Of a DNA stretch of 64,000 nucleotides, positions 36,603 through 50,926 are shown piece by piece. A program made the position numbers and the translations under genes. The stretch's first letter is position 1; every line of letters begins with the position of its first letter. This DNA is from Lepidodermella squamata (Eukaryota > Animalia > Gastrotricha): the NCBI GenBank assembly GCA_047495785.1, contig JBLDXI010000003.1, forward strand, positions 4,216,001-4,280,000, read 5' to 3'. The notes below the pieces were generated by a model, which worked only from the letters and a program-made list of their open reading frames with translations, was not told where the DNA came from and did not search any database.

Positions 36603-37631
36603 TCTATAACTGACAGACTTTTTTCGTCAGTTTTCCTGGTGCTAATTTTAAATATTCACCTTGTTTAATCATAATATGTTTCTGGTGATGCCATGAACGG
36701 GCATGACGCAATGCGGGCAACAAAGTAGCACCATGGTGTTGACATGAAATGTTCCTTATTATCAAGTGCTTCAAATTGTTCAGTCTCAGCGTCATCATTG
36801 GAGAGAATTTTTAGCGGAGGGATTAAAAGTAAAATTTCCTGTTAATAAAAAGGATTCGAATTTCTGGGATTGGGCTTGGACTTGGGCTTGGAAAATCATA
36901 CGATGGAGGCCGCAAGATTTTTCACCTATTGCGGAAATATTGGATCAAGCCTGTTGTCTTCGTGGGCGGGTAAATTTATCTGCTGACTGTCATTTGCAAG
37001 AAGATTCGGCCACAACTCGCAGCTGGCAGGTTCATTCCAAGATAAAAGAATTTCAGTGCTAAGATATTCCCCCGCAGCTCACAAGATCATCTTCTCAAAC
37101 CTCAAACTTTGCAAACCATCACTTTCCTTTTATGCCTACCTCAAAGTGTAAGTGGATATTTTTTGCTTTGCGGTGAACTGGCAGTAGGTCTAGACACCCA
37201 AACTGTTGAACCAAAAATTTCCAGCTAATTTGCAAGCGGATTGATATTTTAATATTATATACTCTTGAATGAAAAAAAGCATATTTTGCTTCGATTCACA
37301 TGTTCCGGTGCAGTTTACGTTGGAATTCAGAACGAAGTCATGAATGACCACGCATGAAAGCGCAGTTGTGTTTCTTTTTCGCCGCGAATCGAGTTGTTGC
37401 CACGCGACCATGGACGAGGATGAATGACAGCGACGTTTCCGAAAATTGATTACACGCCGATTGGCCCGTATGCGAGGCGGGTTTTGAGTAGCATGCTGTA
37501 TGTTTTCTTATTTTTTTGCAAACAAGGATACTTTAATCGATGATTGAAAATTTTGTTTCTAAAAATCACCTTTATAATGTTTCGTTTTTTGCTTAGAATA
37601 GCACTTACATTTCCGTGATTTTTTTTGCAGA

Positions 37632-38329
37632 ATGGCAAGCTCTCGTATAGGAACAGCCAAGTCTGGAGCAGCTCAATTTTCCGCTACAATCGGGCACTCA
37701 TCAAGCACTTCCCAGTCAACATTACCTCAAAACATTTTAGCTAGCGTCATGAATTTAACGGGCTCCAGCGAACCTGAAAAAGCGCCACCGACATTTTTCA
37801 TCGTTCATTATGGAGGTTAGATTTTGATCTTGGGAAATGCTGCAGTTTACATTGCCTTGAACTCATAGCTAATAAGAAAGTCGTTCTCAATATCAATTGC
37901 CGTTGCGATATGCTGGAACAGACAATTCGACAAAAATGCCTTATCCCGGCTTCAAGTAAAACAACTTTAGTTAACAGCCGTGCAATAATTTCTCCGCAAT
38001 TTCAGCCGATTTCGAAGTTATAGACCCGGATGGCCTTATAGTCAATTTCAGCGGCGGACCTCAACGAGCAGATTTCTTACGCAATCGTTGCCTTTACGTC
38101 GTCCTTCAAAGTGAGAAAATTCCGTGTGATTTTAGTCGCATTTTTGACGTCAAACTTTACAGGGCTACCTACACGCCAATACGTCCCGCTATTGGAAAAT
38201 TTCGAAAAACTGCACCCGGTTCTAGCTGCTCGCTTGCGTGAAATTAACGACAAAATGCAAGAGCAGCCTTCGAAAACAACGGGACCTCAAAAATCCCGCA
38301 ACGCCACATCCAGCACATCGAAATTTTGA
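37632..38329 (+). CDS. CXorf65/C22orf15-family protein
   Basis: Spliced FFIVHYG|ANKKVVLNINC…IRQKC…YVVL…YVPLLEN resembles the family as recalled; 4 short exons. Confidence 0.6.
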
Positions 38330-38623
38330 AATCAAAACGACATTATTTTATTCTCGTTTTTTTTATAGAAAAATTCCAAATTTTATAGTACAAAATTTTT
38401 CAGCTAATCATTGAGGTAGCCATAGATCCGTGGCAGCTGATAATAAAATTGCGCCTGGTGAAATGCAACAAATGTTGTGCTCTGAAAAGAATAGGTCAGG
38501 AACGAACAGTGGTTGAGAATAATGAGATTAAAGGCAGTTCAACAGGAAAAATCATGTCTGAGAGGTAGGTATTATTGCATCACAGTCGGATTAATTTCAC
38601 AGGGTTGTATCGCATCGCAAATG

Positions 38624-41071
38624 TCAATTCTTTGATGTTGCCGGTGTTGCGAAGTAGGCGTGCTGGTTGAGGGCGAGTGGATTACCGGACTGAGGCGACG
38701 GGCGCTGTTGATTGCTGTTAGACGGCGCCGTTGTCACAGAAGCCGCCGTCGCAGCGAAATGGCGCGAAAGAAGAGAGGGCGGCGCGTTGCTGGCTGGGGC
38801 AGGTGGAGCGCCGTTCCCGCCCAGGGCTGAAGCAGATGCCGAGGATCGACGCAACATGCCCGTCGCCGTAGTGACTGCTGTTGCAGGTTGGAAATACTTT
38901 GCGTCTAGCGGCTGGTCAGCAGAGCTGGAAAATAGATAAAAACTTTGAAATAACAAGTACAAAAAATCCCATGACGGAAAAGAAAATCGATTATAAGAAC
39001 AGATACCCAAGTCGAAACACAAAGAAAAAAATTGGGAATTAATAAATTAGAATAAATTAAGGATTAAGAAATCTTAAGGAATAAATTTTTCAAATCATAA
39101 ATTACAGCAAAATTCAATGGATACAATTTTTATAGACGTGTCAAATTCAAATAATTCAATAGTCGTGAGAAGTCGAAAATTTTAAGAAAATAGAGGACTC
39201 ACTTTCTGTCGGTTAGAGGTGCCCTTGTAATTCCAGAAGGGGATAGACGCGAGCGTTCATCCATAAATTTTGGCACCGGAGAAACCTGGGGCAGCTCTTC
39301 GCCCATCCCGTCCATATTCATGTTGTTCGAATCATCTCCAGCTTGGAAAGTCACCTTCTTCTGAAAATGAGCCCAATAAATCATAAATTCAAAGAACTAA
39401 AATGTAGGCCTTACCAAAGTGGAGCGGTGGCTTGAAGCAGATGATACTGACATAGGCGGTGTGTTCTGGTAATTCGTACCAAGTTGCCGTTCGATCAATT
39501 GCTTATTCAGATAGCTAATCATATTTTCATTGGTGTCCAATTGCTTCTTCAAATCTTCCTTCTGCGAAACCATGTCATCAACTTCTTTTCGCAACAACTT
39601 CAACTGGTCTTCTTTCATTGCAACTTGACTGTTCAAATCCACGATATTTCGCTTCAATTGATCAGCGGCTGATTCCGCGTCTTTAAGCTTAGTTTCCTGA
39701 GCCTGCGCAACTTCGACACCTAATCGGACCTTTTCACGAAGTCCTTTGTTGTCCTCGTGAAGTTTCGGGATGATTTCATTGGCCTTCCGAACTTCAGCCT
39801 TCAACATTTTCACCGCATTTTCTTGTTTCGCGATTTGGGCCCGGGCTTGTTCGAGTGCTTCCTCTAAACCATGCTTCTGATCGCGTTCTGCATCAACCAG
39901 CTGTTGGCAGCGCGATAAACTCGACTCTTTATCCCTTAATTGCTCAACTATCGCGTCCAATTTCGTCCTCAGTCGCTCGACTTCTTTCTCGAGTTGATGT
40001 TTTTCGGAGGTCAAAGTTGACACTTCTTTCTTATAACTAGCTAAATCTCGACTAGCACCATCGAGTTCCTCTTTGTAGGTGCTAGCTTTACTCTGCCACT
40101 CACGAACACTTAATTTGAGGGAGTGGTATTTTTCGCTCAGCTCCTTCGCGTCATGGGCAGCTTCCTTATGCCTGCCCTCCAGTTCGCGAACAATTTTAGC
40201 GTGAGCTTGTTCCCAAGTCTCGCGATCTCGATCAAATCTTTGCTGTAAAGCTAGCCTTTCAGAAGCCGATTTCTCGCGTTCTTCCTCCAGAGATTTTTCA
40301 TAACGCTGGATGATTTCGGAATCTCGGGATAGGCCATCATTTCGTAGGCGATCAATTTCTGCCGATTTTACAGCTAATAATTGCTGGGCTGAAGCTAATT
40401 GCCCACCCAGTGTTTCGCTAACTCGATTCAGCTGCTTTCGCAACTCTGTCGAGTCCTGTTTCGAGGTCTTCAAACACTCGGCTAAATAGCGTTTGATCTC
40501 ACGATCGCCAGCTGGCATAACTCGAAGAGCAAGGTGAACAAGATGTTTGAACGGGTTTGTCTCGACAAAATGCATCACAAGCGGCTGGTTGTTCTGTTGT
40601 ATCGAGCCAGGGGTTGGGATGGTATTGCTAGAATTGACTAATTGAAGCACGTAGCGCGGGACTTCGGCGTGTTGTTCGCTAATGCATGTCTTCAGGAGTT
40701 CGACCAATTTCTGAGGAAAAGCGCCGAAATCAACCAGGAGGCCTTGGTCAGACTTCAACCTGAAACAGTTCATCAAAATAAATTAAAACATTTAACGATA
40801 AATGGACTTACGATACGAATTCATCTTCTCCAAGACGAAGTGAGAAGAGGAAGAAGGGGTCGCCTTCCTCAGTCAATCGAACAACCAGTTCCTTCTTCTG
40901 GGTTGAAGAATCGCAAACAACTTCAACGGTTACGTTGATTTCTTTTCTGTAAAATAGGAACGGTTCTGTAATTTCAACCTCGAATTGAAGGCGGAAATGT
41001 TACTTTGATGTCGTTGTGTGATCACTGGTTCTGAATTGGCAATGAACAGGTTGCGAGAAGAGGACATCCAT
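38624..41071 (-). CDS. SASS6: centriole cartwheel protein SAS-6
   Basis: RLTEEGDPFFLF, PISA motif LKSDQGLLVDFGAFP, ETNPFKHLVHL, long coiled coil, ISYLNKQL. Confidence 0.93.
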
Positions 41072-41479
41072 ATTGAACTGCGATATTTAAACGTCTAGCA
41101 ACACACCCAATTTCAATTAAATTGTGCTGGAAAAAGTCAGTGCAGTTTTCTACAAAACGAGCTGCTTTTATTCCTCACGAAGACAAATTTTCATCAAAAA
41201 CAAGACAACGCAGCGATTAAATTGAAGCAAAAGCATGCGTCTACACTTATTCCAAAGTTAATGTTATCAAATGGCGTTGGTCTGAAAAAAATTAAGGAAG
41301 ACAGCTTTAAGCATAAGCAAAATATCGGCTCGTAACAAAGGCTTGTATGCAGATAAACTGTGTGAAATTACAATGTTACAATCAATACATGACTTATGGG
41401 AAGAAACTAATAACAGGTATGAATTGGAAAAAATTAGTATCAAAAGCGTCAACGATTGTTAGTGAGAAACGAACGCAGC

Positions 41480-42845
41480 TCAAAAGTCTTCGTCGATCGA
41501 GAACTTGTGGTCATCTGGCTTCTTTGGGTCTTTCTTGGCCGAGCCCATGACACCCATCTTCTGATACTCACCGACCTTCTTTTCGAAGAAGTTGGTCTTG
41601 CCTTCGAGTGAGATGTTTTCCATGAAGTCAAACGGATTGGTTGACTTGTAGATTTTGGGGCAATCAAGCTCGACAAGGAGGCGGTCGGCGACGAACTCGA
41701 TGTATTGCTTCATCAGGGTGCAGTTGATGCCGATCAGAGCGACAGGCAGAGCATCAGTCAGAAATTCTTGTTCGATTTTGACTGCTTCACGAATGATTTC
41801 AGTAATACGATCAACGCTCGGCCGTTTCATCAAGTGGCGGAACATAAGGCAGGCAAAGTCAGTGTGCAAGCCCTGTGCAATGAGTCATGTGCAGTGAATG
41901 AATGAAAATAATTGAATGTACAAACCTCGTCACGGCTGATGAGCTCGTTGCTGAAAGTCAAGCCAGGCATCAGACCACGCTTTTTCAGCCAGAAGATGGA
42001 AGCGAATGAGCCACTGAAGAAAATGCCCTCGACCGCGGCAAAAGCGACAACGCGCTCACCAAATGAAGCTTCACGGTCGCCGATCCAACGGAGGGCCCAG
42101 TCAGCCTTTTGGCGAACACAGGGCAGTGTCTCGATAGCATTGAAGAGGAAGTCTCTGGATAATTAAAGAGTATGAAGCACTTATCAGTCTAAAGCATAAG
42201 GCTCTTACCTTTCCTGTGGATCCTTGACGTAGGTGTCGATGAGAAGGCTGTACATCTCGGAGTGGATGTTTTCGATGGCCATTTGAAAGCCGTAGAAGCA
42301 TCTGGCTTCAGGCACCTGGACTTCTTGGGCGAATCGTTCAACAAGATTCTCATTGACGATGCCATCACTGGCGGCGAAGAACGCAAGAACATGAGTGATG
42401 AAGTGGCGTTCATCAGGCTTCAGCTTCTCCCAGTCATTGAGATCCTTAGACAGATCGACCTCCTCGGCAGTCCAGAAGGACGCTTCCGCTTTCTTGTACA
42501 TCTGCCAGATGTCGGGATATTGGATAGGCAGAATGACGAAGCGACGAGTGTTCTCGCGCAGCAGAGGCTCCTCGCTATCGAATACCTTCTTGGCGGGAGA
42601 ACCAACGGATCCAAAGCTTAGATGTTGGACCATTTTAGTGGCACTCTTGACATCAGCGGTAGATTTATTTTCCGACGCCGGCGAACGGTCAGTGAAGTTG
42701 TTCAACGCGGTAGAAAATTTCGTCGGGCTGCCAAAGATGTTCTAAATCAAGAAATAATCATTAGTGTCTGTGGCCTCAAGATAAGGTAAAGACAAACCGT
42801 TTGAACGACAGTTTCGTTTTTCTCACCAAGGACTTTTCCAGGCAT
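41480..42845 (-). CDS. RRM2: ribonucleotide reductase small subunit
   Basis: [42 protein letters not shown]-terminal FSIDEDF; 4 exons. Confidence 0.97.
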
Positions 42846-43100
42846 GTTGTTATTAGAGCTTAGTGTGTTAATAGTATACCGAAGGTCCTAGTATATAATG
42901 AATAATGAATAAGATTGACTTGCACAAGAAGGCAGGATTCGAATTTTGCTTGACTTTGCTAGCAAGAACTAAGAACTAAAATGAGAGAGGAGTTTTCCAC
43001 ACCTTATGATGTTTCTTTTGCAGAGAAAATTCTAGGAATGTCGAACAAACCCGAGGCTGCGCCGCTTCTCAAAACGCGGCTCTTCGTTGTTCGGCCATTG

Positions 43101-43126
43101 TTCAAAATTCAAAAAACGCGCGCAAA
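43101..43126 (-). promoter_or_regulatory. E2F/CDE-CHR (DREAM-type) element upstream of RRM2
   Basis: Minus strand TTTGCGCGC-GTTT-TTTGAA-T-TTTGAA: GC box, 4-nt spacer, then CHR hexamer. Confidence 0.6.
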
Positions 43127-45608
43127 GTGAATAATTTTAAAATTTAAAATTGATATAAAAAATTAGCTTTGAAAAATATTTCTCTTTTCTACATGAATTG
43201 GCATGCTGTCCTGGCCGCAGTAGATTTTCAAAAAATGACCTAGAAAGACAGACGTTCGACGATAACCGGTGGCCGCTAGCCTAGTTAACCGGACATTTCG
43301 TCCGTTGATGATTGATCAGCAATATGTATTGACAAGATCAGAGTAAGAAGCACTGTGGTTCACGTATCAACTCGAGCGTATAGACTCCAGGCCAAGAAAT
43401 GAAAATGGAATAATAAGGATAGAAATGACTGTTGATTTTTTTCGTTAGGGTATTTTCATCAATCCACTTCAAACCTCAGACATACCGCCGAAGCGCAGTT
43501 CCCAGAAAATGGTGAATCTTCATTGGTGAGATATCTCTCGTGGCGTATCACACTATGATTTTTTAGCTATAGCCATATTTTTTACCAAAAAATCATTGCG
43601 GTTAACCGGCTTCAAATTTATGACAACACGATAATGGCAAATTGCCCTAACATCTGGCGCATAGCTCTTTGGGAGTTAGCACCAAATATAAAAATTCACT
43701 CAATACACCCAACAATTTATTTGAATAAAAATGACGAGCGCTGTATTATCTGTAACGTCTCTTATTATTATTATTTAGCTCATCTCGACACTTTGATTGG
43801 TTTCTCACAGCGAATGCCAACATACAATACGCTTTTATCGATCTCAAAACCATTCCTTCAATCTTTACCCCGAAATATTTCATTTAAAAAGTTATTATTA
43901 TCACTAACGCGGCGCGCCTGTTTTTCTGCTAGCGTCATTGCTAGCTTCGGCCCTCTGTACCTCAAAGTTTACCATGAGGTCTCTAAATTCGCAATGCTCG
44001 TATTTTTGCCCTTATGCCACCATTACCAAAGCAATGCCCAGTAGCTTCAAATTTCGTATGAAAACATTATTCCTATTGGGAAGAGCTGACATAAGCTACT
44101 GTATAGCCTAGCCTGTCGTGAAAAATCAACAATATCGATTGTTTCAGTTTGTAAAATATATTCCTCTCAATTAGTATGCAATAAATATAGCACGAGCATA
44201 TCGCAATTCTGGCTTGTCTCAATACATGCGGGGGAATAAGAGCAATTTATTGCTTACAAACACTCAAAAAGTCGCGAGCCGAATAACTTGCGCTGTACAT
44301 GTCAGGACTAGCATTAGGTACCAGATGTTCTTAGAGCGCTCTGTATTTTTTGGCTATATATTTGTGCTTCGCTGATATCCTGCGCTCAAGCAGTTCATAA
44401 AATATTCGATATACTCAGCACGACAGCGTTTTTGCGGCTACGAATGAAATTAAAATAGTCTGAACAAGACATGATTTATGACTATATTATGTACAGTGGG
44501 CTGTGAAAACATAATTAACAAGAATTTACTCCTTTATCATGCGCATATTAGAATCCGCACTGAATATGCCCAATATTTGTTTTACATTATTTTCAATTGG
44601 AGGAGTACACGCCATATTATATAATACATGCGCCAAAATACACATCCTTTTATACGATATTTTGCGCGCTGTCGTTGGATCCAATTTGAAATGTGACGCT
44701 ATTATTTTCTGAATGAAATATCGAGCAAAATGGCACGCTCTCCTAAGCCGTAAAGCGTGTACAACACATTTATTTTTTAGAATTTCCTGGATAAAGCCGT
44801 TGTTGTGTAAAATCCATATAAAAAAATGAAAAATTAGCTTTTACTGTAATTGCGTGCTCGCTGCTATATTTCCGCGCGTTTTTTTGTTTTATAGTCGTAG
44901 GGCTTTGCCATTCATAGTACAAGAAAAGAACGTCTTAGACTTGTTGCAGGGGAAGGTCTACAAGGCGCGGTTTTTATGCCTTTACCCTGGAGGAAAATGT
45001 AGGCCTCATTAAATTCCTCGTTTTATTTTGTCGATTGGACGTCACGCTAATTATGACATCGCATTATTGTCAATATTTCGTGTCGAGACCTGTTTAAAAA
45101 TTATTTTACTCATGCTTATTTTATACTGTCAGGTAAAGTCAATGAGATCCATTAGTAAATAGAGGGCGAGGTGCCTCAAACTCACTGCGAATGTGTATTT
45201 ATCATCTATAGGGAAAATCATCGATTTTTATTTTTGTAGGTTCATTTGTGTCGAATTCTCACTTGTCAAGAATCGCATAAGTTATGATAGATGCGCAAAA
45301 CTCTCGTCGCCATTCATATGATAGACGCGCGCTGTGATAATAAAAATCGCGAGCCTCAAAAATGAAAATACGCAGCCTGTGACTACAAATTTTTAAAACT
45401 TGGCACGTGCCGTAGCGCCGGCTTGAAATTATTAAATTAGTCTATTCGCCTCATCAACCGAAATGATTTACAGCCTAGAAACCAACGAGCGAGGTTTCAC
45501 CATCTCACCTGAATGCGACGGTTCATTTTCAGAAATTACTGGCATAATTCAGCTGGATTTCTATTAATTTTTTAGAATTATATTGGATTTTTTATTTTAT
45601 TTTATTTC

Positions 45609-48600
45609 ATGCGTTTGCAGTCCGGTTATTTGTTACATCGCGAGGGCCGATCGGCCGGCGGTCCTCCTGCGATGACTCCTTTTCGAACGTCATGGATTGT
45701 CCTGGAACAGCCGGCTATCAATCAACTTCGACTTGAATTTTACAACTCTCGTGACGAATGCGAAGGCACGGGAAGTCACCCACAGCTAAAATCACCGTTC
45801 CGCTTCATTGAATTCAACGCCGACGATGCTGTTTCGGTAATGACCTGCTACAAGGGCGCCATGTTCCGGCTGCTGCGAACCCGCCCCGCCGCTAATTCAT
45901 TCGAGGGCGTAGTCGAGCATGTCATCGACGAATTCGAGCCATTATCCCCCTCGACACCACCTGCGGGTCAGTGGGTTAAAGCTATTTCGAGTGTCCTAGT
46001 AACAAGTGGCAATTACGCGCCCATGTCGAATAAGGTCACGCCCGAGCTGCTGCTACCCCCGGCCGCGACGTCGACACCGCGCCAGTCTCGTAAACAAATG
46101 CCAGCTCAAATGACGGCGGTAAATGGCAGCGGAGATTCTCACAGTGAAATATTCTCAAAATCGCATAGCAAAACTAATAGCGACTTCTCGGCGATTAACT
46201 TCGACTCAGAACACGCGATTAGCCACCCGTCGCGCTCGTCCGGCCTTGGTGATTCCAATAACAACTCGTCCACAAATATTTACAATTTGCTCGAGTTGGT
46301 TCAATCACAGCGGGCTGAAATTGCGAAATTAGAACGGTTATTAGGCGCCAATAACAGCCGCGATGATTCAGGCGCGGAAAGCAGCGAAAATATTTCACAG
46401 GCGGAGCTTGAAATCTTTCGTCTTCACGACGTCGTGTTAAAATTTCGAAATCGACTGGGGGAAATTTCTGAAAAAACCGTCGCATCGACAACTGATAAAT
46501 TCAAGTGGCGTCAGGCTTATGTGCAATCCATCATCGGTGCCATGAAAATAGTCGTGATGGAGCAAAGATCTGTTGAAAAATTAGAATTGGGCCTGGCGAG
46601 TATTGATTTACACGCGGCTAATATTCAATCGCTGCTCAGTGAGGCGGAACTGCCGTCTCTTAACAAATTAGCAAGCGATGGCCGTTACGTTGACGATTTC
46701 GGGTTTGTTCATAAGTTTTCGAGCTCGAACCCTCACTCTGCTGATATTTTGAACTTCGCCGCCGGCCTGCTGATGGACCACTTCACGGCTCAAATTTGTT
46801 ATTCGATGGAAAATGAAACTTTCTGGAAAATTCACATTGATATGAACAAGCCGTTGAACGAAGCCGCTCTTGAGTCGGCGCTTCTTCACCGGCGCTATAT
46901 TCCAGAACGAATGAGGCCTGAAATTTGGCGATTATTGCTTCAAACCGACGTCCAAGCTGCGAGGTCGAAACATAGAACTGACTATTACTCGTTGCTAGCA
47001 AGAAGCGCCGGGTTTTTCGGGGATCTTGAGACGGATTCTAGTTTTCTAGACAGCGCCTTGACGTTGTTAACTGGAGGTGCTAGCCCGTCGACTTCGTCAC
47101 CAATGGATGAAAATGGCGCGATGAGTTCGACTTTTCTCGACGACTCTTCCGTTGCCGCTAATAACGCTGTCCGCCGCCAGATTTTGGTCGATATTAGGCG
47201 GACTCTGCCGAATAATATCCACTTCGGACGTGAGGGGCGGGGTTTGACCAGTCTTTACCGCGTTCTAGTTTCATTCGCCCGGCACAAACCTCAACTTGGC
47301 TATTGCCAAGGTGCGTAGATTTTTTCGTGTGAAATTTCGAAGATTTTTGAAAATTTAATTTCAATAGGGATCAATTTTATTGCTGCTGTTTTGTTGCTGT
47401 TGTTGGATAACGAGGAGGAGGTTTTCTGGTCTTTAGTGGTGTTGACCGACAATGATCGCTACTTTGGTATTCGGCAATTCGATAGCAGGTAAACCTATTA
47501 TTGGCAAGAACAATTCGGGCAGGCCGAGTGCGCACCTTTTGAAACAACTACAACAAAAAAATGTTGTTTTCCGAGGTTTTCCGATCGAGCTTAACAAATG
47601 AATCTTACTACTAGGAATTGCACAGCCGCGCCTTCGTTTTGAAGTCAAATACCAATTTCAAATATCGAATTTATTAAGTAGTGACTATCTTCATTAAATC
47701 TTAAAAAATCTAAAATAGAAAAAATCCTGGGTGGAACCTAAATTTGGACTGAATATTTAAAATGAAAAATATCATGGATTTCAGGCTAACTGGGGCTCGA
47801 GCTGATCAGAAGCTGATCGTCAGGCTAATGTCGAAGCATTTGCCGCAGCTTCACCGGCACATTGAAAAATACGGTACCGACCTATCGACTTGCTTCATTC
47901 CATGGCTCATGTGCGGTTTCTACGACTGCGTTCCATTCCGAACCCTCCTCCGTATCTGGGACTACTTCTTCATGGCTGGCTACAGCGTTTTCTACCGAGT
48001 AGCCGTTGCTTTAATGAAAGTGCAAGAGCATTCGCTGCTCGAAATCACCGATCCGACGCTTATATTGAAGCATATCAAACTCTTCCCGCATCTCTGCCAT
48101 GACTTCGCGTATCTGTTGAAGGTCGCTTTCGAAGATCTTCAAACCAGTGAACCGTGGCCGTCGTGGGAAGAGTTGCTCAATCAACGGCGGAAAATTATCA
48201 AGGCCATTGAGAAACAAGACATTGCCGCGTCGATGGCTCTACGTCGTCGCCGAACTCCTTCCAGACTATCGCTAACCTCCATGTCTAGCACTACCAACAA
48301 CGCAGCTACAACCCCGTCACCGAGTCTGCCCACAACAATCGGACCAACATTTGTCACAATTGTCGAGGCTGACAAGTATCCGGATGTTTTGGCTACGTCA
48401 TCCCGTTTATTCGTTTGGGTCGACGATCCTGTTTCATCGGCGTCTCTGTTGTACCTTATCACGACGGAAAATGGCGGTAGCAACGGCCATTCGAATGACT
48501 CAAGCTACGACGTTCTATCGACTACGACCATGCCAGGGTTTCCTACTAACGAATCACCCATCAACGCTTCGGCGAATTTAATGACCCGTTTAAATGGCCA

Positions 48601-50926
48601 TCTGATTTTGACCTTTACGCAGTATCGCCACAACCGTGCCTTGATTTCGACGGTTCAATCTACGTCGCTAGGGTGTCTAGATCTGGAGACTGGCCGCGTG
48701 ATCTGGAGCTTTGTCCCATCCAGCGCGAATGAAGATGATCTGTACGCGGTGACAATGATGGATCCGAAAAATGACACACTTTACGCGATAACGCAGTTCG
48801 GTACAATCGTAGTTCTGCCCTGCTCGAAAATGCCAGCGTCTGATGTGACAGCTGAGTCGCTGAAACAACTCACGACCTCGGCTTTCCGACTCTTTACAGC
48901 TTCGCCTATCACATGTGCAGCAATTTTGTCGTTCACTGATTCAGACAACAATCCCAAGTCGATATTGCTGATTGGCGCCGGTTCGTTTGTATATCGTATT
49001 GATCTCAACAACACGGCCGATCGAGCGCCGAGTGACGTTGCGAAGATTCACATTCCACTGACGAGGTCCAGCGATTCAGATGCGAAACAAATGGAGGAAG
49101 ATATGAGTGATGTCAGCCTAGTCAGGCAAATTGTCTCTGCACAAACTGCTGTTAATTCGGACAAAGGTTCGATTACTCGATAAAATTATTTTCCTTGGAC
49201 TAATGTTATAGTTTCAGATTTACTGTTCTGGTGGGCGCTGTGCGACGGCTCGCCGTGCTTGATTCTATACGCTATGAGAAAATCGAATCCTTTGCATTGC
49301 CAGATTTTAACAACACTCAGCGGGACAAGTTGCTCGGTAAATCTTTTTCTCTAAATATTGGCTTTTTTGTTAAAATTTCGAACATGGCAATCGAATAATA
49401 ATCAGCTATCCCCTACTACTGGTCATTTCCGATCGAGTGGTTTGTTGCCGAGTGCGAAAAATGCGCCTCAAGTAATTTGAGAAGGGCTTTTGTGGTTGAT
49501 TTTTGCCCCGAATTTTTAGTAAAGCGCTATACTTCATTTAGGCTTTCTACCCCTGAATTTTATGTTTATATGCTGAGTGTTTCTATTATTTCCAGTCGCT
49601 TCGAATTTCTTTTAATTATTCTATTATAAAATTGAGATTTTCTTCATTTATTTCCAGCCGAATTGTATAATGCTGCTTCCGAGGCCTTCTGCTCGAACTA
49701 TGTCAAGTTGCGAGCCAGCTCAAAACCACGAGGGAATTTCAATAACGTTCAGCAATGCCTCATCGGCGAGTTGCGACGATAGCGATTCGGCGAAGGGTGC
49801 GGAATCTGAATTCGAAGGCCTGCTAGTTGGCTGGCCCAACGGATCTATTTTTCAATGGCACATCAACACCGAGAGACTGTCGTCTTTGTTGGCTAATATG
49901 TCAGCGCCGAGCTTGGACAATTCGACAAACAACTTTCCTTGCAACTGCGGTTGCATTCTACAACCGAGCATTAGCTTGCTACCTTCGGCGCCCAAGTCTT
50001 TCCAAGTTCAATTGTCCTTCCAAAAAGGAGCTCCTTTTGCTTCTGATTCTGACAATGACGTATGGTTTTCGAATTATAATAATTCATAAAATATATTCAA
50101 TGACATTTGTAGAGCGGTAAAAACATTTTGTCCGCAGTGCGGAAGGCTTTTGTGTCGGCTTTTCTGCCTTCGTTATCTAAAAATAACAGCAAGCAGCAAT
50201 TGCTCACTCCAGGGACGTCGAAAACTGGCTCAGCTTCGATGCCTTCTGTGATTACGGCTCCACCGCGTTTTCTACCTACGCGGCAATCTCGCCGCATGCC
50301 GAACCGAAACGGATCGTTTCTGTATTCGACTAGAATCGTTAATTCAACAGCAAATCAAACCGATGCGTCTCAGATTGAAAACACGAGTGATCCTAGCGTG
50401 TCATCGACCGGTCATATAAACCCTTTCTCGAGCACTTTCTCTTCTATCAACGCCAGCAATGGTGTTGAAAGCCCTTTCTCGCCTGTCTCCCCAGTTCGAG
50501 AGTGCAAAATGAACAACTGCTTTCGGCTTCTTTCTGTTTCAAATGTCTTCCGAAGTGACTGCCCTGTTAATTGGATGGCGATGACGCAATGTCATCAAAT
50601 GGGAAAGTAATATTTTTTCATAATTTTTCGGGTTCGCGTTTCAAATATCGGCATTCTCTGTTACAAGGTTGATATGGGCTTTCCAGTTGGAATGGTTGGT
50701 TTGCAAGGAGAACGCAGCCTCAACTCAGCAAGTCGCAATACTGCATATTGGCGACGAGTCAAATGGCATCGCTGAATCCCAGCCGAAAAAGGGCGATGCC
50801 TACTGCTACACCCCTAAATCAACGCGGCATTTGCCTAATTATTTCTTCTCACCCCAACAGCGCTATGACAATTGGAGGACGATAAACGTTGCGATGAAAC
50901 TTCAGCCCGAAAGTAAACCGTCTTGA
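45609..50926 (+). CDS. PH-coiled coil-TBC Rab-GAP (TBC1D2-like) with long C-terminal extension
   Basis: PH-like start (SGYL…W…), YVDDFGF, IPERMRPEIW, QILVDIRRT, GYCQG|INFIAAVLL, FRTLLRIWDYF; about 7 exons; 5' end and last exons uncertain. Confidence 0.8.

Noticed and set aside
43634-44044. 136-aa ORF
   Set aside because: AT-rich, no motifs, no exon partners
45463-45620. SL-donated AUG (flatworm-type) starting the TBC gene at acceptor 45620
   Set aside because: A genomic in-frame ATG at 45609 explains the frame, so it cannot be decided without cDNA
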